Source of the DNA: a virus
Taxonomy: Duplodnaviria > Caudoviricetes
Direction: 5' to 3' (one strand)
DNA: 38,017 bases
IMG/VR virus record: IMGVR_UViG_3300017784_005244
Span: 1-38,017 of that record
Position 1 is the stretch's first letter; each line of letters starts with the position of its first letter. The position numbers were made by a program, and so were the translations under genes. This document shows, one piece after another, positions 18,810 through 28,937 of this stretch. The notes beneath the pieces are model-generated. The model ran no database searches and was not told the origin of the DNA. It saw only the letters and a program-made list of their open reading frames with translations.

Positions 18810-19096
18810 GTAACAGTATAATAAGGATTGTTTGTTGAAAATTTATTTACTTTTAACTCGTCTTTTCTTTTTAAAATATCGGTAGATGTCCCAATTGAAT
18901 CATTATTAATGTCTAAACTGCCGATTCCCCTACCAATTTTATCACCATCAGCTAACGCATCTGGATGTACTGTAGAGTATTGATTATCCGGTTTAAAATC
19001 ATTTTTTGGGATTAATTTTTTTCTTTGATCTTCCGCAATTTTTGATAATTCATTATTTGGTTGTGAAAAATCTAATTTATCTGACTGTATAGACAT
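18806..19096 (-). CDS. Hypothetical phage protein
   Basis: 96-aa ORF abutting or overlapping both neighbours; HPDALADGDKIGRG. Confidence 0.65.
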   Translation of the reverse strand: MSIQSDKLDFSQPNNELSKIAEDQRKKLIPKNDFKPDNQYSTVHPDALADGDKIGRGIGSLDINNDSIGTSTDILKRKDELKVNKFSTNNPYYTVT

Positions 19097-19097
19097 A

Positions 19098-19550
19098 TTA
19101 TAAAATTTTATTTATTAGTTTATTTATTTTTTTAACTTCCTCGTTGACTTTTAAATTGTCTACGGAACTAGTGTGTTTATTATTTAAATTAAAATTATTT
19201 TTTTCGTGAGAGTCTAAATATTGGTTCTCCATTCCGGTATCCATTTTTATTTTTTTACCACTGTTATCCCCCTGTCTCCATACTCGTAAAACTTCATCAC
19301 ACCAACCTTTCATTCTATCCCCACCATTTAAAATAAACGGAGAATCTTCTTTGTTTCCAGAGTAAGAGTCAAACCAATTTTTTATTCTTTTAATTTGTTG
19401 GTATGTCGCTTTTTTGGATTTACGTAAATCTTGATTTCTACTAAATCCTTCAGTATTAGTATCAGCCTGAACAGACCCAAAACAATCATTTAAATGTTTA
19501 ATTAATGAATCCGGAATAATAGCAATGTTATTGTATAAATTACTGTTCAT
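19098..19550 (-). CDS. Hypothetical phage protein
   Basis: 150-aa ORF in an operon; TYQQIKRIKNWFD...LNGGDRMKGW. Confidence 0.7.
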   Translation of the reverse strand: MNSNLYNNIAIIPDSLIKHLNDCFGSVQADTNTEGFSRNQDLRKSKKATYQQIKRIKNWFDSYSGNKEDSPFILNGGDRMKGWCDEVLRVWRQGDNSGKKIKMDTGMENQYLDSHEKNNFNLNNKHTSSVDNLKVNEEVKKINKLINKIL

Positions 19551-20304
19551 CTTTTATTAATTTAATCAAGTCTTTAATTGATACGTTATTTTCTTTTGCA
19601 AACTTTCTTAAAGATTTAACATTTCTTAATAAAAGCGGATGTATTTCTCCAATATTTACATTATTTTTAATTTCTAAATTATCTGTTTCTTTATCTAATA
19701 AAACGTCTTCAATAATATCATTGTTTTCATCTAAACCCTTTTCTTTTAAAATTAATCTATCTATGAAGTTTTTTTTATTTTTAATTTTTTTTGGAGCTCT
19801 TTTAACTAAATTTGGTTTTTTTCCTTGTTGTACGGCTCTATCAATCGCTGAGTCTTTATCTAAACCTAATTCTTTTTGAAAATAATTAACGGTCTCGTTA
19901 TAGTCCATAAATATAGTATCCTCAAACCCAAAAGCGTCTTCCATATTTTCTTCTTCAAGTTTTGATTCACGATAAAACCCATGCCAACCTCTTAATAATG
20001 GATCACTTGGTGATCTGGCGGCTTGAACTATTTGGTCTGTAGTTTTTGTTCCTACCCCTATACTAGCCGGATTTAAAATAGGTATTTTAGACGTTAACCA
20101 AGTCCCATCAGTATCGACAAGTTCCGTCATCTCGGTTTCTTCTCCTTTTTTTTCTTTTTTTATTGTTTTTAAAAATATTTCATGAGTTTTACATGGCATA
20201 TATATTTTTTCATCACCATTACCATGGGAATGAAAACCTAAGCACCCTAAAGTTTTTGAAACTCGATTGGCTCTCTCCTTTGTAGAATATTTATATGTTT
20301 TCAT
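19540..20304 (-). CDS. Hypothetical phage protein with an N-terminal Cys/His module
   Basis: LGCLGFHSH...YMPCKTH; first gene of a leftward operon, preceded by TATTTATA. Confidence 0.7.
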   Translation of the reverse strand: MKTYKYSTKERANRVSKTLGCLGFHSHGNGDEKIYMPCKTHEIFLKTIKKEKKGEETEMTELVDTDGTWLTSKIPILNPASIGVGTKTTDQIVQAARSPSDPLLRGWHGFYRESKLEEENMEDAFGFEDTIFMDYNETVNYFQKELGLDKDSAIDRAVQQGKKPNLVKRAPKKIKNKKNFIDRLILKEKGLDENNDIIEDVLLDKETDNLEIKNNVNIGEIHPLLLRNVKSLRKFAKENNVSIKDLIKLIKDEQ

Positions 20305-20317
20305 TATAATGTTTACC

Positions 20318-20345
20318 TATAAATACTTCAATCAAAGTATTTATT
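20318..20345. promoter_or_regulatory. Back-to-back AAGTATTTAT(A/T) putative late promoters forming a 10-bp inverted repeat
   Basis: ataaatactt (20319-20328) and aagtatttat (20335-20344) in the 51-bp gap between divergent genes. Confidence 0.65.
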
Positions 20346-20355
20346 ATAAAAAACA

Positions 20356-23346
20356 ATGCCAACTCAAAATTTAAATACATATTATTATTCAAAATACAAG
20401 TCAATTTTAGATTATGGACATTATTTTGATTTAACATTAGCTCCTGATGAAAAAGATTATGATGAGGAAGTTGTCTTTTCAAATGAGTTAATTGCAGAAA
20501 ATGATGGTAATAGATTACCTATATTCCTAGACTTAAGTTCTAATGATTCGTCAGAACAACAATCAATTTTATTTAATAGTTATGTATCAGGAGCAACTAT
20601 TGTATCAAAAAATTATTACAATCCAAATAATTTAAATTTAACTTTAAATTGTTATTCGGCGTTTACTGGTACCTGTGACGTTGGGTTAGTTGGAACCGAT
20701 AATGGGTTATTTAATCAAATGTCAGGTCAAACTTTATATTATACTAAGGGTATTAGAAACGATTTTAAATTTAACCCACATTATTATGACGCGAGATTTA
20801 AAATGCATCCAATAACAGGATATACATCAACACCAAACCAAAGATTTTCAGGTATAACTAAAAATACTAAATACAATATAGTTTCAAAAAGTGCGACAAC
20901 TATTGGATATTATCAAGAATTATATGGTGGATTTTATCAAGGATTTTATAAATTAAAAGGTTATGATTATGAAGTTATGCCTGAAAGAATGAATAAGGGT
21001 TGGACTGTTGAAATGGTATTAAAACCTAGATTATCTAACCAATTTGATATTAACACACAAACTGAAGAATATTTAAATACGATTTACCCAAAAAATTCTG
21101 GAACATTTTTCTTTTTTGGTGCTAGATCTGAAAATAAATATTATCACTTCGCCGATGGAAGTCCAGAATCTAATAGTGGTTATACTAGAGTGACTTCTGG
21201 ATTAACTAAAATAATGTCATGTGCATGTGCAGATACAGGTGTAACTAATTCTGATTGTATTACTATTTACCCTAAAAGCGCAACGACTATAACCCACAAT
21301 ATTGGTTGCGGTTGCGGAGCATGTATAAGTGAATCACCAACACCACCACTTGACCCAATGTTTGATGTATTATCGAATACAATGTCAATAAGGTTTAGTG
21401 GTTGTCCTTTAAACCCAAGACTATGTGTTAAAGTTATAAAGATAACAGGTGATTGTGTAACTACTGGTACCTGTTCAACAACTGGTTTAACATTTCAAAC
21501 TGGATATACTATTACTGAATTTTGTTCTCCACAAATATACAATATTTGTGATTACGATTGTGATGATGATAGTCTTGTTTTTGATGAAAAATGGGTAATG
21601 ATTAGTGCCACCTTTGAAAGGTACACTACTATTGAAGAATGTGATTTAATTAATTTAGGTGGTTTAGGGGATTTACGGCAAGTAACATATCAATCAGTAA
21701 TTAACGGAACTTCATATAATTTAATAATGCCTCCAGAAACACATTTAGGAGATAAAAAAGAAAATTTGGTACATAGAGTTAGGTTTGATAGAGAATGGTT
21801 TGATGATGCTTGGTATAGAATGGGAAAATTAAAACTACACATTAATGGGTATCTTTTTATGGTTATTGAAAATTTTGAAGAGATAATACCAAGAGAGTTA
21901 AATACCGAAAAAGAAAAACAAATTGGAGTACCATTTAATCTTTCTTTTGGCGGAGGATCTCAAGGTCTACATAATCATTTAATTTTTTCGTCATCTACAA
22001 TACCATATGGACCATATATGCAAGACCCTGAATTATTACCAAATAACATATTATCTGGTACCACATTATCTGGCATTAATACTAATATTTTAATTGAACA
22101 AAATTTTGGTGGGTCATTTATGGGTGGAGTATCTCAGTTTAGAATGTATGTGGAACCTTTAGGATCTCCTCAAATACAACATAATTTTAGAATATTAAAA
22201 GATAGATTTGATTTATTTAATTATTGGTGCCCCGATTGTTTAACATCTATATGTTCAACAGAATTTATTTCGGAATGGAAAACAACATCAATGGATGAGT
22301 ATATCTATTTACCATATAGTTCTGGTGGTACATATAACGGAACAATTAATTGGGGTGACGGTACAACATCATCTAATACATATGAAAATAGATACCATAA
22401 GTATACTATGAATGGTAGTTATACAATAACAATTATAGGTCAAATAGTTAATTTTAATTTTGGACTTAATAATCCACATAGTGTTAGTAAACTTTTAAGT
22501 GTTAATAAGTGGGGGGATTGTTTAAATCTTGTAAACGCTAATTCTGCGTTTAGTGGTTGTAGTAATCTTAACTTATCTGGGGTTACTGACGTTTTAAATG
22601 TTAGTAACTTATCAAATATGTCTAATATGTTTGCTGATTGTAGTAAATTAACGACAATAAATAATGCCACATTATGGGATGTATCTAATGTTACAAATAT
22701 GGAAGGTATGTTTAAAAATAATTTGGTGTTTAATCAAAATCTTAGTTCTTGGTGTGTTATATTAATTCCGACACTACCAGCTAATTTTGACTATAACACA
22801 CCACTATGGACATTATCAAAACCAATTTGGGGTAATAGTGCAAATATTAGTTATTCTGGAACACCGTTTTGTCAAACGATAACTAGTGGTCAATCAGTGA
22901 CCCAAACAGGTAAACTTGGAGGAACGTATTCCTCAACTGTAGGTTTAAGTATTAATTCTAACACTGGATTAATTACCCCAAGCGGTAGTACTTTTGGAAC
23001 TTACACGGTAAAGTATATTACTCAAGCATCAGGTGGTTGTGAGTCAATAACCGCAACGACTTCTATAACTATAACCCAACAACCAAGCGCCAATATTAGC
23101 TACTCAGGTACTCCATTTTGTATAGGTATCGCCGCTGAGCAGAACGTAACTCAAATAGGCACAACAGGCGGCACTTACAGTGTAAGTCCATCAGGTTTGA
23201 CCATCAATGCAAGTACAGGATCTATTACTCCAAGTACTAGTACCGCAGGAACCTACAGTATAAACTATAATATGGCTTCTTCAGGTGGTTGTTTATCAGC
23301 ATCAACAGCAACTACAATAGTAATATCCTCGCAACCATGCCCTTAA
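20356..23346 (+). CDS. Large mosaic virion-like protein: Cys-rich N-terminal region, PKD-like and DUF285/BspA-like segment, two C-terminal Ser/Thr-rich beta repeats
   Basis: 996-aa ORF; INWGDG...HKY...GSYTITI (PKD-like); WDVSNVTNMEGMF...FNQNLSSWCV (DUF285-like); two SANISYSGTPFC repeats. Confidence 0.75.
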   Translation: MPTQNLNTYYYSKYKSILDYGHYFDLTLAPDEKDYDEEVVFSNELIAENDGNRLPIFLDLSSNDSSEQQSILFNSYVSGATIVSKNYYNPNNLNLTLNCYSAFTGTCDVGLVGTDNGLFNQMSGQTLYYTKGIRNDFKFNPHYYDARFKMHPITGYTSTPNQRFSGITKNTKYNIVSKSATTIGYYQELYGGFYQGFYKLKGYDYEVMPERMNKGWTVEMVLKPRLSNQFDINTQTEEYLNTIYPKNSGTFFFFGARSENKYYHFADGSPESNSGYTRVTSGLTKIMSCACADTGVTNSDCITIYPKSATTITHNIGCGCGACISESPTPPLDPMFDVLSNTMSIRFSGCPLNPRLCVKVIKITGDCVTTGTCSTTGLTFQTGYTITEFCSPQIYNICDYDCDDDSLVFDEKWVMISATFERYTTIEECDLINLGGLGDLRQVTYQSVINGTSYNLIMPPETHLGDKKENLVHRVRFDREWFDDAWYRMGKLKLHINGYLFMVIENFEEIIPRELNTEKEKQIGVPFNLSFGGGSQGLHNHLIFSSSTIPYGPYMQDPELLPNNILSGTTLSGINTNILIEQNFGGSFMGGVSQFRMYVEPLGSPQIQHNFRILKDRFDLFNYWCPDCLTSICSTEFISEWKTTSMDEYIYLPYSSGGTYNGTINWGDGTTSSNTYENRYHKYTMNGSYTITIIGQIVNFNFGLNNPHSVSKLLSVNKWGDCLNLVNANSAFSGCSNLNLSGVTDVLNVSNLSNMSNMFADCSKLTTINNATLWDVSNVTNMEGMFKNNLVFNQNLSSWCVILIPTLPANFDYNTPLWTLSKPIWGNSANISYSGTPFCQTITSGQSVTQTGKLGGTYSSTVGLSINSNTGLITPSGSTFGTYTVKYITQASGGCESITATTSITITQQPSANISYSGTPFCIGIAAEQNVTQIGTTGGTYSVSPSGLTINASTGSITPSTSTAGTYSINYNMASSGGCLSASTATTIVISSQPCP
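22837..23330 (+). repeat. Two diverged tandem ~83-aa coding repeats
   Basis: Units start at 22837 and 23086: SANISYSGTPFC...VTQxG..GGTYS...GLxIN..TGxITPS.STxGTY...Y...SGGC...TATT; DNA is synonymously diverged. Confidence 0.9.
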
Positions 23347-23364
23347 ACATTTAAATTAAAATAT

Positions 23365-23718
23365 ATGGAATTTTTTATAAAACAAAACTCAAACTTACCT
23401 ATATTAAAAATGGACATAATTAAAGATGGTAGAACAAAGTCATGGGATAATTTTTATTCAATTTTAGATAACGCAACATTAAGGTTTTCAATGGTTTGTG
23501 AAAATGATGGAATTCAAAAAATATTTATGAAAGATGCGTATTTAACTGAGAAAACAAAAACGAATCCAGACTCCCCAAGTCAATATTATATTTATTATAA
23601 GTGGGTAGGTAGGGACACAAACAAAAAAGGAAGGTTTGTTGGTCAATTTTCAATTATACTTGAAAACGGAGAATTAATTTCACCCATATCTGAAAATTTA
23701 TACATAAATATTATTTGA
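23365..23718 (+). CDS. Hypothetical structural protein (BppU N-terminal-like beta domain)
   Basis: FFIKQNSNLPILKM...YYKW...DT..KGRFVGQF...ISENLYINI pattern. Confidence 0.55.
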   Translation: MEFFIKQNSNLPILKMDIIKDGRTKSWDNFYSILDNATLRFSMVCENDGIQKIFMKDAYLTEKTKTNPDSPSQYYIYYKWVGRDTNKKGRFVGQFSIILENGELISPISENLYINII

Positions 23719-23743
23719 TTTTTTAGTTAAAAATTAGTATTAT
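23715..23743 (+). promoter_or_regulatory. Sigma70-like promoter for DNA polymerase
   Basis: TTGATT (23715-23720), 17-nt spacer, TATTAT (23738-23743); a TATTTATA is also present at 23779-23786. Confidence 0.5.
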
Positions 23744-23804
23744 GTATTTAAAATGTCTGCGTGTTGCGTGAGATATTATATTTATACACTAAAAAAAAAT
23801 AATT

Positions 23805-26708
23805 ATGATTCCCCAAGAAGAAATTGAACAATTTTTATTAGGTGAAGACGATGAAAAATATATTGTCGCATTAGAATACGATTATAAAAGTTCCAAAATA
23901 TATAAAATAATACAAGACCCAATTAAAGGTAAACTATTAAGGGTTGATTCTTTTATTCCTTTTGCTTGGGTTGGGAATTTAAAAAGTAAGAATTTTTATA
24001 AAAATGACTTACAATTACAAAAAAAGGCAATGTCCGAAAATGGGATTATAATTGAAAAGTTAGATTCAAAGGGTAATGAAAGATTGGAAAACGGTTTAAA
24101 ATTTTTAGTTAAAACAACTAAAACGTATTCAAATTTAGTTAATTTTTTTAAAAATGGTGGTTTAGATCCTTGGGGTAGAGACAATTCTGATTATATCACA
24201 ATATTATCCCCAGTGGAACAATATCTAATTCAAAAAAACAAAAGATTATTTAAAGGTTTTGACGAATACGATCAGATTCATAGACTTGTTTTTGACATAG
24301 AGACAACAGGTTTAGACCCTAAAACTAGTAAAATGTTTTTAATTGGTATGCGGGATAATCGCGGATTTTTAAAATTACTTTCAGCAAAAAATGAAGATGA
24401 GGAAAGAATAATGATTGTTGATTTTTTTAAAACAATTGACGAATTAAAACCCTCTTTAATTGGTGGATACAATTCGGCTTTTTTCGATTTTCCGTTTATA
24501 TTGGAAAGAGCTAAAATTTTAAATTTAAATATTAAAAAAATATCAAAGACTTTACATCCAGATTATTCTTTAAAACAAAAAGAAGGTATGCTAAAGTTGG
24601 CTAATGAAATGGAACCGTACATTCAAACACAAATGTGGGGATATAATATTGTTGATATTGCTCATGCGGTTCGTAGAGCTCAGGCAATTAATTCAGATAT
24701 TAAAAGTTGGTCTTTAAAGTATATTACTAAATTTATTGAATCTGAAAAACCTACAAGGGTTTATGTTGAGGGAGATAAAATAGGTAAAATTTATTTTGAT
24801 GATGAAGATTATTATCTTAATCCTGAAAGTGGAGGGTTTAAAAAATTTGGATCTAACGGTACTGAAAACCTTATGTCTAAATATCCTGGTAAGTTTTTAG
24901 AGGTTAAGGGTTCAAATATAATTGAAAGGTATTTGGACGATGACTTATATGAAACTATGGTTGTTGATGAGCAATTTAATCAAGCAAATTTTTTATTGTC
25001 AAAATTAGTACCAACAACATATGAAAGATTATCAACAATGGGTACAGCAACTCTTTGGAAAATGATTATGTGTTCTTGGTCATATAAAAATAATTTAGCA
25101 ATCCCAAGAAAATTAGAAAAAAGAAAATTTACTGGAGGTTTATCTAGATTAGTTCAAGTTGGGTACTCTAAAAATGTATTAAAACTTGATTACTCATCAC
25201 TATACCCATCAATACAATTGGTTCATGATGTTTTTCCTAAATGTGATGTTATGGGGGCAATGAAAAGTATGTTAAAGTATTTTAGAGATACTCGTATAAA
25301 ATATAAAAATTTAGCGTCAGAACTTAAAGATTCAGACAAACAACTATCAATATCATACGATAGAAAACAATTACCGATTAAAATATTTATTAACGCATTT
25401 TTTGGTTCATTATCTGCTCCACATGTATTTCCTTGGGGTGACATAGATATGGGTGAACAGATTACCTGCACAGGTAGACAATACCTTCGTCAAATGATTA
25501 TGTATTTTATGGAAAAAGGATATATACCTTTAGTTATGGATACTGATGGTGTTAATTTTGAAACACCACAAGATAGATCTTCATATAAATATGTAGGTCT
25601 TGGTCTTAATGGTTTAGTTATTAAAGATAAAGAATATTTTGGGTCAGAGGCTGATGTTGCTGAGTATAATGATTTGTTTATGAGAAACGAAATGGGTTTA
25701 GATATTGATGGTGTTTGGCCGGCGACTATAAATGTTGCTCGTAAAAACTACGCTCTTTTGACAGATAAAGGTAAAGTTAAATTGACTGGTAATTCTATTA
25801 AATCTAAAAAACTACAAACATATGTTTCTGAATTTTTAGATAATGGTCTTAGACTATTATTGGATGGTAAGGGTAGTGAATTTTTAGATTCATATTATGA
25901 TTATATTACTATGTTGTATAATAAAAAAATACCATTGTCAAAAATAGCTAATAAGGCTAGAGTAAAACAATCATTATCTGATTACAATACTCACATAACA
26001 AAAAAAACAAAATCGGGTAGTATGATGTCTAGACAAGCGCATATGGAGTTACTTTTAAAAAATAACAAAACACCAGGTCTTGGAGATACAATTTATTATG
26101 TTAATAATGGTGAAAAAAAATCACACGGAGACGTTCAAAGAAAAACAAAAAAAATAAAAGCAACAGAAGAAGAGATTTTTTTATATGAATCAAATAATGG
26201 AGAGTTATTTCCTGTTGGTTATGAAGATGAAATAATTTTAAATTGTTATTTAATTGACGAAAAAGAAATTGAGGATAACCCTAACTTGTTGGGTGAGTAT
26301 AATGTTCCTAGATATATCGCTGCGTTTAATAAGAGAATTGAACCATTATTAGTTGTATTTAATCCAAATATTAGAAATCAAATCATTATTGAAAACCCTA
26401 AAGATCAACCAATGTTCACTAAATCACAAACTGAATTAGTTAGAGGGTTTCCAATTGGTGAATCAAATCAAGACACTTTAGAGGATGTTTTAACTTTATC
26501 AGATAGTGAAATTACTTTTTGGAGAACCGTAGGTATTGACCCTCATTATATGTATTTTGATAATACCATTAATTTAGTTGATCAAAAGTTTGTTAAAATT
26601 AATAATGAATTAATTTTTGGAAAATATGAAGTTAAAAATAAACTGTCTGACGAAGATTCGTTTGTTTTTACTTTTGATGACGAACTAAGTTCATTGAATT
26701 TTGATTAG
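23805..26708 (+). CDS. polB: Family B DNA polymerase
   Basis: Exo I FDIETTG, Exo II GYNSAFFDFPF, motif A LDYSSLYPSI, motif B KIFINAFFG, motif C MDTDG, KNYA. Confidence 0.95.
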   Translation: MIPQEEIEQFLLGEDDEKYIVALEYDYKSSKIYKIIQDPIKGKLLRVDSFIPFAWVGNLKSKNFYKNDLQLQKKAMSENGIIIEKLDSKGNERLENGLKFLVKTTKTYSNLVNFFKNGGLDPWGRDNSDYITILSPVEQYLIQKNKRLFKGFDEYDQIHRLVFDIETTGLDPKTSKMFLIGMRDNRGFLKLLSAKNEDEERIMIVDFFKTIDELKPSLIGGYNSAFFDFPFILERAKILNLNIKKISKTLHPDYSLKQKEGMLKLANEMEPYIQTQMWGYNIVDIAHAVRRAQAINSDIKSWSLKYITKFIESEKPTRVYVEGDKIGKIYFDDEDYYLNPESGGFKKFGSNGTENLMSKYPGKFLEVKGSNIIERYLDDDLYETMVVDEQFNQANFLLSKLVPTTYERLSTMGTATLWKMIMCSWSYKNNLAIPRKLEKRKFTGGLSRLVQVGYSKNVLKLDYSSLYPSIQLVHDVFPKCDVMGAMKSMLKYFRDTRIKYKNLASELKDSDKQLSISYDRKQLPIKIFINAFFGSLSAPHVFPWGDIDMGEQITCTGRQYLRQMIMYFMEKGYIPLVMDTDGVNFETPQDRSSYKYVGLGLNGLVIKDKEYFGSEADVAEYNDLFMRNEMGLDIDGVWPATINVARKNYALLTDKGKVKLTGNSIKSKKLQTYVSEFLDNGLRLLLDGKGSEFLDSYYDYITMLYNKKIPLSKIANKARVKQSLSDYNTHITKKTKSGSMMSRQAHMELLLKNNKTPGLGDTIYYVNNGEKKSHGDVQRKTKKIKATEEEIFLYESNNGELFPVGYEDEIILNCYLIDEKEIEDNPNLLGEYNVPRYIAAFNKRIEPLLVVFNPNIRNQIIIENPKDQPMFTKSQTELVRGFPIGESNQDTLEDVLTLSDSEITFWRTVGIDPHYMYFDNTINLVDQKFVKINNELIFGKYEVKNKLSDEDSFVFTFDDELSSLNFD

Positions 26709-27037
26709 TCATTTTTTATTCCGTCTGAGGATAAAATATACCAAAAATCCCCAAAGAATTTAAATTCAACGCAAGAACCTTTACTTAATATAACTTCATC
26801 AAACTCTTCATCAATTAATAAATCCCCATAGACTACCACATCAGTTAAGGATTTAATTATAATATGTTCTGTAGTTTTTGAATTTAAAAAAATATTAGAT
26901 TTTCCATTATTTTTTACTAATATAAAGTTCTCTCCGTTTGTTAAATGGTCTTGATTATCTACAATAACAGTTTCAGAAATTAACAATTCGTTATTACCTA
27001 TTTTTTTTAATATTTCTTGTGATTTAAAAATCCCCAT
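26705..27037 (-). CDS. Hypothetical phage protein
   Basis: 110-aa beta-rich ORF directly downstream of the neck gene; ends WYILSSDG. Confidence 0.7.
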   Translation of the reverse strand: MGIFKSQEILKKIGNNELLISETVIVDNQDHLTNGENFILVKNNGKSNIFLNSKTTEHIIIKSLTDVVVYGDLLIDEEFDEVILSKGSCVEFKFFGDFWYILSSDGIKND

Positions 27038-27043
27038 ATATAA

Positions 27044-28165
27044 TTATATAACATTATATGGGCTTGTAAACGCCCTAAACTTTAAAAGTTTATTTAAGTT
27101 TTCAGCCTGAAGGGCTTTTTGTTCCATCATTTTCTCAGGTCTTAATCTCTCTAATCTGGCTTTTAATTCTTCCCATAACATGGTTTTTTCATCTTTAGCT
27201 TCACTTTGTAGTGTTGTGTATTCTAAAGTTAATTCAGAATCGGGTGTTTTTAAATTACCACTATACTTACCTCTAACTCTAGCTAAGGTTTCTTTACAGT
27301 ACGCGGTAAACCACCGTCTAACCCATGTCTGTGCAGGATTATTTAATTTATCCCACCTTAACTTATCTAAAGGAATATCTGATGGTAGTCTAACAATATC
27401 TGGGTTTTTAGATAAACAATCTTCTCTATCGTTTGTTTCATAATACCAATACCAAACTCTATGTCTATGTTTATTAATATTACCAAAATCAAATTTACCA
27501 CCAGGAACATTCATTAAATGAATTGCTTTTTTACCTTCAGGTAATGCGGTAATTCTATATGTTAAATCTCCGGTTATTATTCTTCTTTTTATGTTTATAT
27601 CAGACATACGTAAAAGAATGTCAAATGCTGGAGTAACAAAATAATTACCAGTTGTACCCATTTGTGAAAATCCGGCTCCACCACCTAAACCAACACCACC
27701 CATACCACCAAAACCACCCATAAATGGATCAAAATATGCTGAATCTAATTCTGATCTAGAAAACCATAATAATTCATTAATTTCTCGACCTGCGGGTATT
27801 TCATATATTTGTTGGTTGTTAACTAAATCTATAAAATCTTTTTTTAATACTGAGTCTCCACCAGCTTGTAATCCAACAATTTTTGAATACGCATATGTGT
27901 ATTGAGTTTCCCAATCCATATTTCTTGTTGTTAGAGCTCTAGTTACAGATTGTTCATCTAAATTTAACCCATAAATTGAAGTCCATTGTGATTCTACTAA
28001 CCAATCCTGTACGTGTTGTTCGTAGTCTTCAATTGATAACTCCAATAAAGAATCCAACATTTCATCATCTAATTCAACTGCCCGTAATGGTGCCCCTAAA
28101 AGATTTTTAATTCTTTTGTATAGTTTGGATCTTTCCGGTTCAATAATAATAACAGTAGTTGCCAT
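27044..28165 (-). CDS. Neck protein / head-tail adaptor (T4 gp13-like)
   Basis: N-terminal IKNLLGAPLRAVELDDEMLD and C-terminal WVRRWFTAYCKETLARVRGKYSG..PDSELTL resemble T4-like gp13; near gp14/gp15-like and sheath genes. Confidence 0.7.
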   Translation of the reverse strand: MATTVIIIEPERSKLYKRIKNLLGAPLRAVELDDEMLDSLLELSIEDYEQHVQDWLVESQWTSIYGLNLDEQSVTRALTTRNMDWETQYTYAYSKIVGLQAGGDSVLKKDFIDLVNNQQIYEIPAGREINELLWFSRSELDSAYFDPFMGGFGGMGGVGLGGGAGFSQMGTTGNYFVTPAFDILLRMSDINIKRRIITGDLTYRITALPEGKKAIHLMNVPGGKFDFGNINKHRHRVWYWYYETNDREDCLSKNPDIVRLPSDIPLDKLRWDKLNNPAQTWVRRWFTAYCKETLARVRGKYSGNLKTPDSELTLEYTTLQSEAKDEKTMLWEELKARLERLRPEKMMEQKALQAENLNKLLKFRAFTSPYNVI

Positions 28166-28175
28166 GATTTTATTA

Positions 28176-28183
28176 TATAAATA
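28176..28183 (-). promoter_or_regulatory. TATTTATA putative late promoter
   Basis: Exact motif on the coding strand, 10 nt before the neck gene ATG. Confidence 0.55.
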
Positions 28184-28210
28184 TCTTTTACTTTAAAAGA
28201 CTATCAATAT

Positions 28211-28933
28211 TTATTTTTTTATTTGTAATGTATATTGATCATTAACAAAAGACCAATTAACCACTCTCCAAAAATTTTTAATATATTTATCTCGCATATT
28301 TCTATATTTTAAATAATATGCGTGTTCCCATAAGTCTAAACCTAATAATGGGTATCCGTTATCGGTTTCAGTATTCATTAAAGGATTATCTTGGTTTGAA
28401 GTGGTAGTTATTTTTAATTTATTATTTTTTGTTAGTATTAACCAAACCCATCCAGATCCAAATCTTGCCTTTCCTATCTCCTCAAATTTATTTTTAAATT
28501 CTTCAAAAGAACCAAATTCTTTTTTAATTTTAGAAAGTAGGGGATCTTTTAACTCTTGTTTTTTTGGTGACAACATTTTCCAAAATAAAGCGTGGTTAAA
28601 CGCACCACCACCATTGTTTTTAACAGATTTGTTAAATTTTGATATTTTTTTAATTATCTCTTCGATGTCTAAATCGGCACCTTTAATTTTTTCTAGTTCT
28701 AAATTTAATTTTTCAACATAAGTTTTATAATGTTTATTGTAGTGAATTTTCATAGTTTCACTATCAATAAATTCACTAACAGAACCATACTCGTATGGTA
28801 GTTTATCTACACTTATTTTTTTTATTTCTAGTATTGTTGATTTTTTTAATGATAAATCTAGACCTAATTTAAGTTCTATTTCATTAATTTTTTTTTTAAT
28901 ATTAGTGTTTTTTATATTATATAGATTTAACAT
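28211..28933 (-). CDS. sodA: Fe/Mn superoxide dismutase (Mn-type signature) with N-terminal extension
   Basis: LPY, TMKIHYNKHYKTYV, NNGGGAFNHALFW, FGSGWVWL, NQDNP, DLWEHAYY. Confidence 0.93.
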   Translation of the reverse strand: MLNLYNIKNTNIKKKINEIELKLGLDLSLKKSTILEIKKISVDKLPYEYGSVSEFIDSETMKIHYNKHYKTYVEKLNLELEKIKGADLDIEEIIKKISKFNKSVKNNGGGAFNHALFWKMLSPKKQELKDPLLSKIKKEFGSFEEFKNKFEEIGKARFGSGWVWLILTKNNKLKITTTSNQDNPLMNTETDNGYPLLGLDLWEHAYYLKYRNMRDKYIKNFWRVVNWSFVNDQYTLQIKK

Positions 28934-28937
28934 ATAC

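Noticed and set aside
22837-23330. Diversity-generating retroelement template/variable repeat pair
   Set aside because: The two repeats are in-frame in one gene, differ at all base types rather than only adenines, and no reverse transcriptase is in the window.
23805-26708. Intein or intron in PolB
   Set aside because: Motifs are collinear at normal spacing, the frame is uninterrupted and no splice-junction or LAGLIDADG signature is visible.
27671-27722. GC-richer (CCA)-like repeat in the neck gene
   Set aside because: Explained by a Gly-rich peptide (MGGFGGMGGVGLGGGAG); not an independent DNA element.
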